Positions 8,472 to 18,319 of a stretch of DNA of 64,000 nt are shown piece by piece (positions within the stretch are counted from its first letter, which is position 1; every line of letters begins with the position of its first letter). A program made the translations under genes and the position numbers. Source of the DNA: Gemmatimonadales bacterium (GTDB lineage Bacteria; Gemmatimonadota; Gemmatimonadetes; Gemmatimonadales; GWC2-71-9); the NCBI GenBank assembly GCA_035519565.1, contig DATIWD010000136.1:5964-69963 (forward strand), in the 5' to 3' direction. The notes beneath the pieces were generated by a model. It worked only from the letters and a program-made list of their open reading frames with translations, had not been told where the DNA came from and searched no databases.

Positions 8472-10775
8472 ATGCGCCCTCTTTCCCGTGGTTTCTCCCG
8501 CCCCACCCTTCGCGCGACGCCTCTCGGGGTCGGGCGCTCCCTTCGCCTGCTCGCCGGGGGCGCCCTGCTCGTCCTTCTCGAGCTCATCGGTACCGCTCCC
8601 CTGGCGGCCCAGCAGAATGTGGTCGAGCTGGAAGTCCAGCAGGACTCCCTGGTCCTCAAAGTCGGTCAGCGGGCCGGGCTGAGCGTCCAGGCCTTCGACG
8701 ACAAGGGGAACGTGGTGCTCGCGGTCAAGTATCGATCGTCCGACGAAGGCGTGATCCGGGTGGCGCCCAACGGCACGGTCACCGGGGTGCAGTCGGGCGT
8801 GGCCACCGTGGTGGTGCAGGCCGGCCGGAAATCGAAGAACGTCAAGGTGACCGTGATCGGGTCAGCCCCGCCCGATTCCGCCAAACGAACGGCACCGGCG
8901 GAAGCCGCTGCCGCGCCCCGCGGCCCTCCGGTCGCCAGCCTGTCGATCATACCCGCTTCGATCTACCTGTTGCCGGCGGAAAACCTTCGCGTGTTCGCTC
9001 GAGGAACCGGCGCCGACGGAGCCTCCGTGGGGGCGGTCAAGGTCACCTGGAAGTCGCTCCTCCCCGACGTGGTCGGGCTGGTGGACAGCACCGGTATGAT
9101 CGTGGGCGTTTCCCCGGGTCAGGGCGTGCTGGCGGCCAGCGCGCCGGGAGGCGCCACCGCGACCGTGCCGGTGGTGGTGGCGCTCACCGAGTACGCTTTT
9201 ACCGTCAATCAGCTGGTGCTCGCTCCGGAGCGCTCCGAGACCCTGCACGTGGTGGTGCCCGCGCAGCAGAACCGGGAGCTTCGGAACTCCGACCTCCAGT
9301 GGAAATCGAATGATCCCGACATCATCAGAATCGGGCCCAACGGCGTGGCCACCTCGGTGGCGCCGGGGAAGACCGAGATCGTGGCCAGCGGCTTTCTCCA
9401 GGAGCGCCACCTTCCGGTCATCGTCCACCGGCCCATTTCGACCTTCTTCCTGACCCCTGATCCGGGGGTACCGGTCCAGGTGCCGCTGCTCGCGACCCGG
9501 ACCTTCACCGTGCGGGCGGAGGGGGCCGACTCGACGCCGGTGGCCGACGTCGTCTACGACTGGAGCATCGGGGACACCGCGGTCGCCAGCTTTGACGCCG
9601 CGACTCTCACGCTCCGAGCCAAACAGGTCGGCAATACCACGCTCAGTTTTGTGGTGAAGGGCTTCAAACCGGTCGGTTGGGCGATCCGGGTGGTGGCCGG
9701 TTCGGTGGGCCTGAGCCCCTCGCGGTTCTCGCTGAGCCCCGGCGCCAACAAGAAGATCGCCGCCACCCTCTCCGACAGCGCGGGGCGCACGATCGGCCCG
9801 GCCAGCGACGTGAAGTGGACCAGCAGCGCCCCCACCGTGGCCACCGTCGCCGATGACGGGACCGTACAGGCGGTCGGCCTGGGCGCCGCCAACATCACCG
9901 CCACCGTTCCCGGGGGGAAAACCGCGTCGGCGCAGGTCTTCATCGTCGGGGACCTCCTCGTCAGCTCGACCCGCCGAACCGGACGTCTGGGCCTCTATCA
10001 CCTGCTCAAGGGTGCCCCCGGCGACTGGCACCCGCTGATCGTGGACGGGGCCACCAACATGCAGGGCGTCTTCTCTCCCGATCGTCAGGAGATCGCCTTC
10101 AGCTCCGAGCGGGGTGAACCCGGCAACCTCGACATTTATGTCGCCGACGCCAGCGGGCAGGATGTCCATCGCCTGACTACCGAGGCCGGACCCGACAACG
10201 GGGTCGCCTGGGCCCCCGACGCCAAAGAGCTGGTCTTCGGCTCGATGCGCTCCAAGACCAACCAGCTCTACGTCATCAACGTCGACGGGAGCGGCGTCCG
10301 TCCGTTGACCAGCTCTCCCGGTGGAAACTGGGACCCGACCATCTCGCCCGACGGCGCGAAGGTGGCCTTCACCTCCCGTCGCGACGGGAACGACGAGATC
10401 TACCTCGGCGATCTGGCGGGTGGCCCGCAGACCAACCTCACCCAGACCAAGGATCGCAACGAGACCTTTCCCCACTTCCTGCCCACCGGCGACCTCCTCT
10501 TCCTGGTGGAGCGAATCGACGGGAGTCCCCGCTTTCAGATCGTCCGGATGACGCTCGCTACCCGCGCCATCACGGCGGTGATCACCAGCGATAATCCGAT
10601 CACCACGCTGGGGGTCTCCCGGGACGGAGAATCGGTCGCCTACGTCACCTCCCGGGTGACCGACAAGAGCACCGGAGCCCGGGAGTTCTCCCTCTTCCTC
10701 CAGCCCCTCACCGGCGGCTCCCCCGTCCTGGTGCCCCTGCAGCCGGGAGAGCGCATCGCGAGCGTGGAGTTTTGA
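8472..10775 (+). CDS. secreted protein with multiple Big_2 (bacterial Ig-like) domains and a C-terminal TolB-like PD40 beta-propeller
   Basis: Start taken at ATG 8472 (MRPLSRG..., signal peptide ending PLAAQQ); the tracked ORF 7965.. overlaps the previous gene. Repeated ~85-aa units (...V.V.A.D..G..V....V.W.S.D..V..V...G.V.......G.A.I.A). The C-terminus has repeated SPDG..IAF/VAF PD40 motifs. Confidence 0.8.
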   Translation: MRPLSRGFSRPTLRATPLGVGRSLRLLAGGALLVLLELIGTAPLAAQQNVVELEVQQDSLVLKVGQRAGLSVQAFDDKGNVVLAVKYRSSDEGVIRVAPNGTVTGVQSGVATVVVQAGRKSKNVKVTVIGSAPPDSAKRTAPAEAAAAPRGPPVASLSIIPASIYLLPAENLRVFARGTGADGASVGAVKVTWKSLLPDVVGLVDSTGMIVGVSPGQGVLAASAPGGATATVPVVVALTEYAFTVNQLVLAPERSETLHVVVPAQQNRELRNSDLQWKSNDPDIIRIGPNGVATSVAPGKTEIVASGFLQERHLPVIVHRPISTFFLTPDPGVPVQVPLLATRTFTVRAEGADSTPVADVVYDWSIGDTAVASFDAATLTLRAKQVGNTTLSFVVKGFKPVGWAIRVVAGSVGLSPSRFSLSPGANKKIAATLSDSAGRTIGPASDVKWTSSAPTVATVADDGTVQAVGLGAANITATVPGGKTASAQVFIVGDLLVSSTRRTGRLGLYHLLKGAPGDWHPLIVDGATNMQGVFSPDRQEIAFSSERGEPGNLDIYVADASGQDVHRLTTEAGPDNGVAWAPDAKELVFGSMRSKTNQLYVINVDGSGVRPLTSSPGGNWDPTISPDGAKVAFTSRRDGNDEIYLGDLAGGPQTNLTQTKDRNETFPHFLPTGDLLFLVERIDGSPRFQIVRMTLATRAITAVITSDNPITTLGVSRDGESVAYVTSRVTDKSTGAREFSLFLQPLTGGSPVLVPLQPGERIASVEF

Positions 10776-11812
10776 AGGCGCTTACCCTGACTGCGCCGGG
10801 GAGTCTCGACGCCCTTCAGGTGCAGGATCTGCCTCCGCCACCGTCCCCGGGTCCCGATCAGGTCCTGCTCAGAGTGCGGGCGGTCGCCTTGAACCGCCTC
10901 GATCTCTTCGTGGTGGATGGCCTGCCCGGGATCACGCTCAAGTTCCCCCATGTGGTCTGCTCGGATGCCGCCGGCGTGGTCGAGGCGGTAGGCTCTGGCG
11001 TCAGCGGTCTCGAGTCGGGGCAACCCGTCCTGGTGAATCCCGGGATTTCCTGCTACGCCTGCGAGTATTGCTTGAGAGGCGATCATTCGCTCTGCCGCTC
11101 CTACGGCGTCCTGGGCGAGCACGTCCCCGGTTCCGCCGCCGAGCTGTTGCTGGTGCCGGCCAAGAACCTGGCCCCGGTCCCCTCGGGGATGCCCTGGGAC
11201 CAGGCAGCGGCTTTCTCTCTCGCGACCATGACCGCCTGGCGGATGCTCGTCCACCGTGCGGCGCTGCGTGCCGGAGAAACGGTGGTGATCTGGGGGATCG
11301 GTGGCGGCGTTTCGCTGGCGGCGCTCCAGGTCGCGAAGCTCGCCGGAGCCCGGGCGATCGTCACCAGCTCTTCCGACGCCAAACTGGCCGCGGCGGCCGA
11401 GCTGGGAGCCGACATCGGGCTCAATCACGCCACGGCTAACGTGCCCCAAGAGGTGCGGCGCATCACCGGGGGTCGCGGCGCCGAGGTCGTGGTGGACAAT
11501 GTGGGAGAGAAGACCTGGGCCGATTCGCTCCGGTGCCTGGGACGGGCCGGTCGGCTAGTCACCTGCGGGGCCACCACCGGACCCATGTGCGTCACCGATG
11601 TGCGGAAGCTGTTCTGGTACCAGTGGTCGATCCTCGGCTCGACCATGGGTGGGCACGAGGACTATCGGGAAGTCGTTCGGCTGGCGGCCATGGGCAAGCT
11701 CTGGCCCAAGGTGGACCGCGTCTTTCCGCTGGCCGAGGGGCGCGCGGCGTTCGAGCGCCTGCGCCAGGGGGCCCAACTGGGCAAGATCGTGATCGAGGTG
11801 AGCCGTGAGTGA
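10772..11812 (+). CDS. zinc-type alcohol dehydrogenase / quinone oxidoreductase (MDR superfamily)
   Basis: GroES-like N-domain with CYACEYCLRG (structural-Zn-like Cys cluster). Rossmann motif IWGIGGGVSLAALQVAKLAGA. Confidence 0.8.
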   Translation: MKALTLTAPGSLDALQVQDLPPPPSPGPDQVLLRVRAVALNRLDLFVVDGLPGITLKFPHVVCSDAAGVVEAVGSGVSGLESGQPVLVNPGISCYACEYCLRGDHSLCRSYGVLGEHVPGSAAELLLVPAKNLAPVPSGMPWDQAAAFSLATMTAWRMLVHRAALRAGETVVIWGIGGGVSLAALQVAKLAGARAIVTSSSDAKLAAAAELGADIGLNHATANVPQEVRRITGGRGAEVVVDNVGEKTWADSLRCLGRAGRLVTCGATTGPMCVTDVRKLFWYQWSILGSTMGGHEDYREVVRLAAMGKLWPKVDRVFPLAEGRAAFERLRQGAQLGKIVIEVSRE

Positions 11813-12518
11813 GCTTTGGGATCGTCTCGTGGATGGCGCTGCGCAACTGGGGGCCGTGCTGCCGGCTCTGATCGCGGCGATCGCCATCCTGCTGACGGGC
11901 TATCTGCTGGCCCGCCAGCTGGAGCGTTGGGTGGACGGGCTTCTCAAACGGATGGACTTCAACCGGATGGCCGAGGCGGGCGGGCTGCGCGAAGCCGTGG
12001 GACGGGCCCAGTCTCAGTTGGATCCCGTACACGCGGTCGGCAAACTCCTGTTCTGGCTCACGATGCTGGTCGTGATCCTGCTGGCCAGCACCGCCCTCGG
12101 ACTCGAGAACATCAACCGGATGTTCGGGGTGATGCTGGCCTTCATCCCGACCCTGATCGCCGGGATCGTCATCGTGATCCTCGGTATCATCGTGGGCGAG
12201 TTCGTGCGCGGGCTGATCGTGGCCTCGGCCGGGAGCGTGGCCGGGGTTCCCACCCTGGCCAAGATCGCCAAGGGCGCCGTGGTGCTGATTTCTGTGTTCA
12301 TGGCGCTTCAGCAGATGGGCGTGGCCGAGGAAATCGTGACCGCGGCCTTTACCCTGATTCTCGGCGCCGTGGCCCTCGCGGCCGGCTTGGCCTTCGGATT
12401 GGGGAACCGGGAATTGGCCGGCGAGATCACCCGCCGCTGGTACGAGGAAGGAAGAAAGCCGGGAAAGACGGAGCCCCAGGCCAAGGAGCCACCCGCCGAA
12501 CCCCCGATGCTCGACTGA
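11805..12518 (+). CDS. membrane protein with repeated 'conserved TM helix' units (MscS-associated type)
   Basis: Four to five TM helices with internal repeats, as in PF05552-type proteins. The start overlaps the upstream stop (GTGAGTGA). Confidence 0.55.
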   Translation: MSELWDRLVDGAAQLGAVLPALIAAIAILLTGYLLARQLERWVDGLLKRMDFNRMAEAGGLREAVGRAQSQLDPVHAVGKLLFWLTMLVVILLASTALGLENINRMFGVMLAFIPTLIAGIVIVILGIIVGEFVRGLIVASAGSVAGVPTLAKIAKGAVVLISVFMALQQMGVAEEIVTAAFTLILGAVALAAGLAFGLGNRELAGEITRRWYEEGRKPGKTEPQAKEPPAEPPMLD

Positions 12519-12523
12519 TTACT

Positions 12524-13639
12524 TCAGGGGAGATGGAACCGGGCGACCTGTTGCCTGCCGTCTCCTGAGCGGAGCGCCAGATAGACCGCGCCGTTGCCAC
12601 CGAATCCGGCCACCGTCGCTCCGGCCGGCAGTTCCACCACCCGCAGCCGCTTGCCATCTCCGCCCATCACGTCGTAGACCGGGATGCTGTCGTCTACCAG
12701 ACGGCTCCGCTGCAGCCAGACCTGGTGGTCGGGATTGCCTACCGCCAGCGCGAAGGGCGGCTTGAAATCGGCGAAGGGATACCGGATGTCGAGCGCGGTG
12801 GGTAGCCCGCTCCGGTGCGCCGCGTCCATGAAGCGATCCTTGTCTTCCTTGGTGACCCGGATCTTCTCGTAGGGCCAGGGCGTGCCGCGAGTCCAGGTCC
12901 CGTTGGGCGCGCGCCAGTCGAGGCTGTTGGTGGTGGCCCGGGCCACCCACATGGAGCCGTCCGGAGTGACGCCGAAGAGATCATTGGGCGAGAAGATCAC
13001 GGCGACCTGCTTGATCTCTTCGCCGAACTTGCCCTGGCCGATCTGCGGGATGCGCAGGCGGGCCACCGTGTCCGCCGTGGAGTCTTCGCGCGGGAAGCGC
13101 AATACCGGCGCGCTGTCCACGTCATACTGGCGGCCCGGCTCGATGCCGCCCAGGACCGAGCGGTAGTCCGCCTTGTAGGCGTACCCGAGGGTGTCGTAGT
13201 TGAGGGGCGGGTTGGTCCCACCCAGGGGCCACATCCGGAGCGCGGTGAGAAATCTTCCCTGTTCGCTCCAGAGGCTGGTCCGCTCCAGCGCGTAGTCGAC
13301 CAGGCCGATGGTGTCGCCCCGGAAGCGGAGCACGTGGCCGGGCAATTTGTATTTCCCGGGGGCCGCGTCGCCGCGGAGGAGCGAATCGCTCTGTACCCCG
13401 ATGGTGTCCACCCGCCCGCTGAAATTCACGAACAGGAAGCGGCGCTCCCGGAGATCGGTCAGGGCCAGGCGCCCGTCGCGAAGCTCGACCACGTTGCTCA
13501 CCTGGCCGAAACTCCCCGGCAGGACGGCATCAGGCTTCGACAGCACCACCCGCGCCTCCTGGTCTCGATGGCTACAGGCCGCTGCCAGGAGCGCCAATAC
13601 GCACAGGGTACCGAACCGCTTCATCTCCATCCTCCTCAA
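12524..13639 (-). CDS. hypothetical lipoprotein, paralog 1 of a tandem pair (beta-propeller-like)
   Basis: Lipobox LLAAAC. The C-terminal half aligns with the neighbouring gene product (FADFKPPFALAVGNPDHQVWLQRSR vs FALVKPPFEAARTAPDGKVWLEKSR). Confidence 0.7.
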   Translation of the reverse strand: MRRMEMKRFGTLCVLALLAAACSHRDQEARVVLSKPDAVLPGSFGQVSNVVELRDGRLALTDLRERRFLFVNFSGRVDTIGVQSDSLLRGDAAPGKYKLPGHVLRFRGDTIGLVDYALERTSLWSEQGRFLTALRMWPLGGTNPPLNYDTLGYAYKADYRSVLGGIEPGRQYDVDSAPVLRFPREDSTADTVARLRIPQIGQGKFGEEIKQVAVIFSPNDLFGVTPDGSMWVARATTNSLDWRAPNGTWTRGTPWPYEKIRVTKEDKDRFMDAAHRSGLPTALDIRYPFADFKPPFALAVGNPDHQVWLQRSRLVDDSIPVYDVMGGDGKRLRVVELPAGATVAGFGGNGAVYLALRSGDGRQQVARFHLP

Positions 13640-13649
13640 GCCGCCTCGA

Positions 13650-14720
13650 TCATGGCGGAATCTGATATCTCAACAAACGGACCCCGTGTTCGTACGGTTC
13701 CGCCACCAGGACCATGCTGCTGCTGACCGCGATCACGTGGCCCAGTCCCGGGTGCTGCAGAATCCGGGACAACCGTCCGGTCCGATCCACCACCTGGTAG
13801 CTCCGAACCGAATCTCCGATGGCGCGACTCTTTTCCAGCCAGACCTTCCCGTCGGGCGCGGTGCGCGCCGCCTCGAACGGCGGCTTGACCAGCGCAAAGG
13901 GGACTTTTTCCGCCGGGCCCCGAAGCTCAGGAGGAAACCGGTTCAGGAAGATCTCGCGGTCCTGCTGGGAAACCGTGAGTGCGCGGTCGGGAAGCGGGAC
14001 ACCCCGGCTGACCGTCCCCGCCCTCGCGATCCAATCCACCCGGTTCTGGTACACCCGGGCGACCCAGACGGTCCCGTCGGAGAGCACCCCCCAGCGGTCG
14101 ACGCCACTCAGAACCCGCCGTTCATAGCGTGGCCCCACATCCGAGGTGACCAGGGCCAGCTCCGGCGGGGCCAGCCGAGCCACGGTGTCGATCCGCGAGA
14201 GATCGGGACTGCCGCGGAGCACCGCCGCCGAATCGCGATTTCCGCTCCCATCGGGCCCCGGCAGCGGGCCCAGCTCCAGATACAACCACCCTTGAGCGTC
14301 CCGGGCCCGGGGCTGCACCCCGCGAAGCCCCGCGGGGACCGGAACCTTCCCCACCGGCTTGAGATCGAGGGACAGGATCGTCGCTCTGCCCAGACCCCAA
14401 TCGTCGACGAAGAGGGAGTCTCCCGCCCGGAACACTCCGTAGGACTGACGATAGATCTCCGCGCCACGCACTTTGCGCGGCAGCTCGGTGGCGCGGCGGG
14501 CGCCGGCCCTGAAGTCCGCCAGCAGCAGCACCCCTTCCCCCGGTGCCACGGCCAGCCACCGATCATCCGAGAGCCAGGCCGCCTCGGGGATCTCCGCATA
14601 CGGAGTGGCGATAGTGTCGGCGGTCGGTCTCAGGTCCACCGGAGGAACCGTGGGCTGAGGCCGGCCGCAGGCAACCGCCAACGGGACCGCCACCAGGGCG
14701 GCTTGAAGAAGCCGGCTCAT
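13650..14720 (-). CDS. hypothetical lipoprotein, paralog 2 of a tandem pair
   Basis: Lipobox LAVAC. Same length class and alignable motifs as 12524..13639. Confidence 0.7.
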   Translation of the reverse strand: MSRLLQAALVAVPLAVACGRPQPTVPPVDLRPTADTIATPYAEIPEAAWLSDDRWLAVAPGEGVLLLADFRAGARRATELPRKVRGAEIYRQSYGVFRAGDSLFVDDWGLGRATILSLDLKPVGKVPVPAGLRGVQPRARDAQGWLYLELGPLPGPDGSGNRDSAAVLRGSPDLSRIDTVARLAPPELALVTSDVGPRYERRVLSGVDRWGVLSDGTVWVARVYQNRVDWIARAGTVSRGVPLPDRALTVSQQDREIFLNRFPPELRGPAEKVPFALVKPPFEAARTAPDGKVWLEKSRAIGDSVRSYQVVDRTGRLSRILQHPGLGHVIAVSSSMVLVAEPYEHGVRLLRYQIPP

Positions 14721-14810
14721 GGGGGGACGAATGATAACCTGAAGCGGCGGGGACGTCAGGCGGGCCCTGCAAGGAGTGGAAGACTCGGGGCCGGAGCCTT
14801 CCTGCTTCGA

Positions 14811-15605
14811 CTAACGGCGGACCAGGAGCTCCTCAAAGAGATCCAGCGCGCGCGGGTCGTTCGATTGCCCCAGCCAGAACAGGGCGTCCCGGCGGATCTC
14901 GGGATCCCGATCGGTGCGCGCCAGGCGGATCAGGATAGGGACTCCCTCGCTCTGCGGACGCTGCGAGAGTGCAAACACCGCCTGGCTCCGAATGTCACGA
15001 TCGCCCTTCGCGTCGGTGGCCAGCGAGTCGAGGCCCCGGGTCGCCGCCTCACCGGCGGCCTGGCCGACCCAGAAGATTGCCTGGTTGCGCGTGTCGCGGG
15101 GGAGCTCCGTCTTCCGCGCCAGGCGGAGCAGATCGGGCCAGACCACGACGCTATCGGCTAACACGGCGGGAAAGACCGCATTGGCCCCCGCATCGGGATT
15201 GGATTCCGCGAGATCGATCAGGTAGTGCACCGCGCTGGCCGTGGAGACGAGGCCCAGGTCGAGGTCGTCACGTCCCAGCCCTCCCTTGCCGCCGACCTGC
15301 GTTTCCACCTCGGTGACCCGGTGACGCCGGACCGTGAGGGTCACCCGGACCGGGCCCGCGTCACAGGGGCAAGGGTCGCGGTCGTCGTCGTAGGTCGAGA
15401 AACTGTGTTTCGAGATCCACATCCCGTGCTTGCCATTGCGAATCACCGAGCGGCCGTCTCCGCAGACGCCGGGTCGCGCCGCGAAACTGAATTGCACCTC
15501 CGCATCGGGCGCCGCGGCCACGCGGGCGGCGATGCTCTGGGCCGGGAGCCCGGCCGGGGCCGCCACCAACCCGCAGGCGAGAATCAGCTCTTCGCGTCGC
15601 ATCAC
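14811..15605 (-). CDS. HEAT-repeat protein (secreted)
   Basis: Signal peptide. C-terminal repeats ..RSQAVFALSQ.. / ..RRDALFWLGQS.. match the HEAT-like repeats of the upstream gene. GTGA start/stop overlap with it. Confidence 0.75.
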   Translation of the reverse strand: MMRREELILACGLVAAPAGLPAQSIAARVAAAPDAEVQFSFAARPGVCGDGRSVIRNGKHGMWISKHSFSTYDDDRDPCPCDAGPVRVTLTVRRHRVTEVETQVGGKGGLGRDDLDLGLVSTASAVHYLIDLAESNPDAGANAVFPAVLADSVVVWPDLLRLARKTELPRDTRNQAIFWVGQAAGEAATRGLDSLATDAKGDRDIRSQAVFALSQRPQSEGVPILIRLARTDRDPEIRRDALFWLGQSNDPRALDLFEELLVRR

Positions 15606-17062
15606 TGCTCCAGGATATCCTGCAGCAGCTGCGATACCCGGGGGTCGTGCGACTGGGAGACCCAGAACAGCGCCTTCTTCCGCATCTCCCGATCGGGGTC
15701 GGTCTTGGCGATGTCGATCAGCTTGTCCACCGCGGCCTTTTCGTTCCGCTGCGAGAGCGCGAAAATCAGCTGCTCCTTCATCTCGGCGTCCTTCAGGCGG
15801 CCATAGAGGCCGGTCAGCTCCTCGATCGAGACACCACTCTGCCCCGCCCAGAACAGGGCCTTCTTCCGCATCTCGATGTCTTCCGTCCCGTCCTGAGCCA
15901 CGTCCAGGAGCCAGCGACCGGAGTCGGGGTCCCGCGTTTGGGAGAGCGAGAAGAGGATCTTCTCTCTGACTTGATCGCTCTTGGCGCGCTTGAAGAGTCC
16001 CCGGAGAAATTCCACGTTGTCCTTGCCGCCTTGCTGGCCCAGCCAGAACACCGCCTCCTCCTGCACGTCCTCACTGACGTCGGTCCGCTGGGCGTAGGAG
16101 CGGAGGGCCTGTCCCGCTTTGGGGCTTCCGGTCTGAGACAGCGCGAACAGGGCCTTCTTCTGGATCTCTTCGTCCTTCGAGGCCTGGAGGATCGAATCCA
16201 GGGCGCTCACCGCCCGCTCGGTGCCCACCTGGGAGAGCCAGAACACCGACTGTTCCCGCACCTCGGCGTCGGGATCCGAGCGCGCCGCAGCGAGCAGGAT
16301 GTTCTCGGTTTCATCGGTCTTCTTCTGGGAGACCAGGAAGACCGCCTTCCGCCGGAGACAGACGGAGGGTGGATCCCGCCGGGCCAGCACCTTCTTGAGG
16401 ATCGGCATCGCGCGATCGGCATCCATCTGCAGCAGAGCGTTGAGGGCCGCGATGCGAGTGTCGTCCTCCTCATCACAATCCTCACTCGATACCCGAGAAC
16501 CTGGCGGCGCGGGAGGCACGGGTAGAGTCGGTGGCACCGGAGGTACCGGCGGAGTCGGTGCAGTTGGGGGAGTGGGTGGGACCGGAGGGGTCGCCGCTTC
16601 GCCGGCTCGACGGGTGATGTCCTCGGCCGCACCCGCATCGCCGCGACGAGCCAACTCTCCCCGGATCCGGGTAGCCAGCGCGGCCGCGTCGCCTCGAGTC
16701 CCGGCCTTGGGATACGACTTCTGCTGCGTGTCCAGCGCCTTCTGCGCGGTCTTGAGATCCTCGGTGCCGCCCAGTCTGTAGAGCGCGAAGGCCTGCCAGT
16801 AGAGCGCGTCCCCGGCATAGACCGACTTGGGATAACGCTTGACGATCTGGCCGAACAGATCCGCCGACCGCCGATAGTTGTTCTTGTTGAGCGTCTCGCG
16901 CGCCGCCTTGTACAGGCTGTCGGCCGGATCCTTCTGGGCCCAGGGGGCCGGGGGATCGGTGTCGCGGTCTCCGATGGACACTTGCACCTGGGCCTGGCCG
17001 GCTCCCACCGCCAGCGCCGCCGTCATCGCGGCGATCCCCATCAACCACGCGAATCGAGGCAT
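15602..17062 (-). CDS. TPR (YbgF-like) - proline-rich linker - HEAT-repeat protein
   Basis: Signal peptide. N-terminal TPR-like YRRSADLFGQIVKRYPKSVYAGDALYWQAFALY. Linker TPPVPPTPPTAPTPPVPPVPPTLPVPPAPP. At least six repeats of ..VRE.AVFWLSQ.G type. ATGA overlap with the anti-sigma gene. Confidence 0.8.
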   Translation of the reverse strand: MPRFAWLMGIAAMTAALAVGAGQAQVQVSIGDRDTDPPAPWAQKDPADSLYKAARETLNKNNYRRSADLFGQIVKRYPKSVYAGDALYWQAFALYRLGGTEDLKTAQKALDTQQKSYPKAGTRGDAAALATRIRGELARRGDAGAAEDITRRAGEAATPPVPPTPPTAPTPPVPPVPPTLPVPPAPPGSRVSSEDCDEEDDTRIAALNALLQMDADRAMPILKKVLARRDPPSVCLRRKAVFLVSQKKTDETENILLAAARSDPDAEVREQSVFWLSQVGTERAVSALDSILQASKDEEIQKKALFALSQTGSPKAGQALRSYAQRTDVSEDVQEEAVFWLGQQGGKDNVEFLRGLFKRAKSDQVREKILFSLSQTRDPDSGRWLLDVAQDGTEDIEMRKKALFWAGQSGVSIEELTGLYGRLKDAEMKEQLIFALSQRNEKAAVDKLIDIAKTDPDREMRKKALFWVSQSHDPRVSQLLQDILEQ

Positions 17063-17721
17063 CAGCTCTTCTCCTGTACGGGGCCGGGCCCGCCGCCGGC
17101 CGGAATCGCCGACCGCAGCCGGGGCAGCAGCCCACGCTGGTTCAGACCGTCGGTAATCAGATCCGGTTTGCCGCTCTTCCCTTCGGCCGCGAGCTGATTG
17201 ATCTGGGCCAGAATCAGCTCGAGGTCCTCCAGCAGCAGGCGAAGCTGGGGGTCGGTCAGTTGGGGCGAATCGAGGAGCAGGCGGGTGTTCATCAACAGAT
17301 CACCCGCAGTCGCCGAGAACCGGGCCGCGGCCTTCTCCGTGGAGCCCTCGCGGCGGAACCCGGTCAGGAACGCCTCGGTCCGGCTCAGGTGCTGGGTTGC
17401 GGCCAGGGTCAGGGCCAGGTCGGAGGGCGGCCGCACCGCGGCCGGTTCCGGTCCCACTCCCTGATTCCCGGACTTGACCGAGAGCCGGCCGATGGCGATG
17501 CCGAGGAGCAGCAGCGCCGCGATGGCGGCAGGCCACGCCAGCCAGCGGACCGGCGGACGGCCCGCGGGGCGAATGGTGGGCCGATCCCCGTCTCGGTTGG
17601 CTCGACGCCCCTCTTGTACTCGGGCCCAGATCTGCTCGCGCGGAGTCTCGGGCGGCTGGTTGTAGTCGGCGGCCGCGCCCTTCAGGAACTCCTCGAACCG
17701 GTCTTCGCTCACTGGATCCAT
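17062..17721 (-). CDS. membrane-anchored anti-sigma factor (putative)
   Basis: Immediately downstream of and overlapping an ECF sigma gene. Cytoplasmic N-domain, single TM (WLAWPAAIAALLLLGIAIG), periplasmic C-domain. Confidence 0.65.
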   Translation of the reverse strand: MDPVSEDRFEEFLKGAAADYNQPPETPREQIWARVQEGRRANRDGDRPTIRPAGRPPVRWLAWPAAIAALLLLGIAIGRLSVKSGNQGVGPEPAAVRPPSDLALTLAATQHLSRTEAFLTGFRREGSTEKAAARFSATAGDLLMNTRLLLDSPQLTDPQLRLLLEDLELILAQINQLAAEGKSGKPDLITDGLNQRGLLPRLRSAIPAGGGPGPVQEKS

Positions 17722-18251
17722 TCTCCCGCGAACTCCGCCAGAGCCTCACGCAGCCGACCGCGGGCCCTGGAGAGTTGTGCCTTGGAGGTTCCGATTTCGA
17801 CGCCCAGCGAGACGGCGATCTCCTCGTGGGTGTACCCCTCCACGTCGTGCATCACGAACACCGCGCGGTACCGTTCGGGGAGCGCATCGATCGCTTCGCG
17901 GAGCCGCCGCTTCAGATCCGGCTCGGCCTGTCTCCCACCCGATCGCACTCCCTCGCCCAGCTCCAGATCGGTCTCCCGTTGTCTGAACCGCTTGAGCTTG
18001 CGGAGTCCGTTCAGTACCACCGAAGTGGCCACGGCGCTCAGCCAGGTCGAGAAGGCCGATTCCCCTCGAAAGTCGCCCAGTCTGGAGAAGGCCCGAACAA
18101 ACGCCTCCTGAGTGAAGTCTTCGGCCAGGTGGGCATCTCCCGCCAACCGAAACGCCAGGCGATAGACCCGGTCCACGTGGGCGTCGTACAAGGCACGCTC
18201 CGCGACGGAGTCGCCGGCCAGAACTCGGGCGATCAGGTCTCGGTCGTCCAC
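17709..18251 (-). CDS. ECF-type RNA polymerase sigma-70 family factor
   Basis: Region 2 (VDRVYRLAFRLAGDAHLAEDFTQEAFVRAF) and region 4 HTH (YTHEEIAVSLGVEIGTSKAQLSRARGRL). Confidence 0.9.
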   Translation of the reverse strand: MDDRDLIARVLAGDSVAERALYDAHVDRVYRLAFRLAGDAHLAEDFTQEAFVRAFSRLGDFRGESAFSTWLSAVATSVVLNGLRKLKRFRQRETDLELGEGVRSGGRQAEPDLKRRLREAIDALPERYRAVFVMHDVEGYTHEEIAVSLGVEIGTSKAQLSRARGRLREALAEFAGEWIQ

Positions 18252-18290
18252 CGGGCTCCGGAGCGCAGGGTTCGTGTGACGTCCGCACCC

Positions 18291-18319
18291 CTAGACACGG
18301 GGGTGGGAGAAAGGGTTGC
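18291..18319 (-). promoter_or_regulatory. candidate ECF-type promoter (GCAACC-N17-GTCTAG) upstream of the sigma gene
   Basis: On the minus strand, GCAACC (18319-18314), a 17-nt spacer and GTCTAG (18296-18291), about 40 nt upstream of the GTG start. A similar GCAACC-N17/18-TCTTTA lies in front of the sigma gene at 49391. Confidence 0.3.

Noticed and set aside
16490-16570. Repetitive DNA (Pro-codon repeats), together with the His-rich tract at about 1730-1860 and the 18-bp tandem repeat at about 53715-53755, considered as CRISPR-like or satellite repeats.
   Set aside because: All are in-frame low-complexity coding segments (Pro-rich linker, His-rich loop, GGRRMD repeats) inside confident ORFs. 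There is no repeat-spacer architecture.
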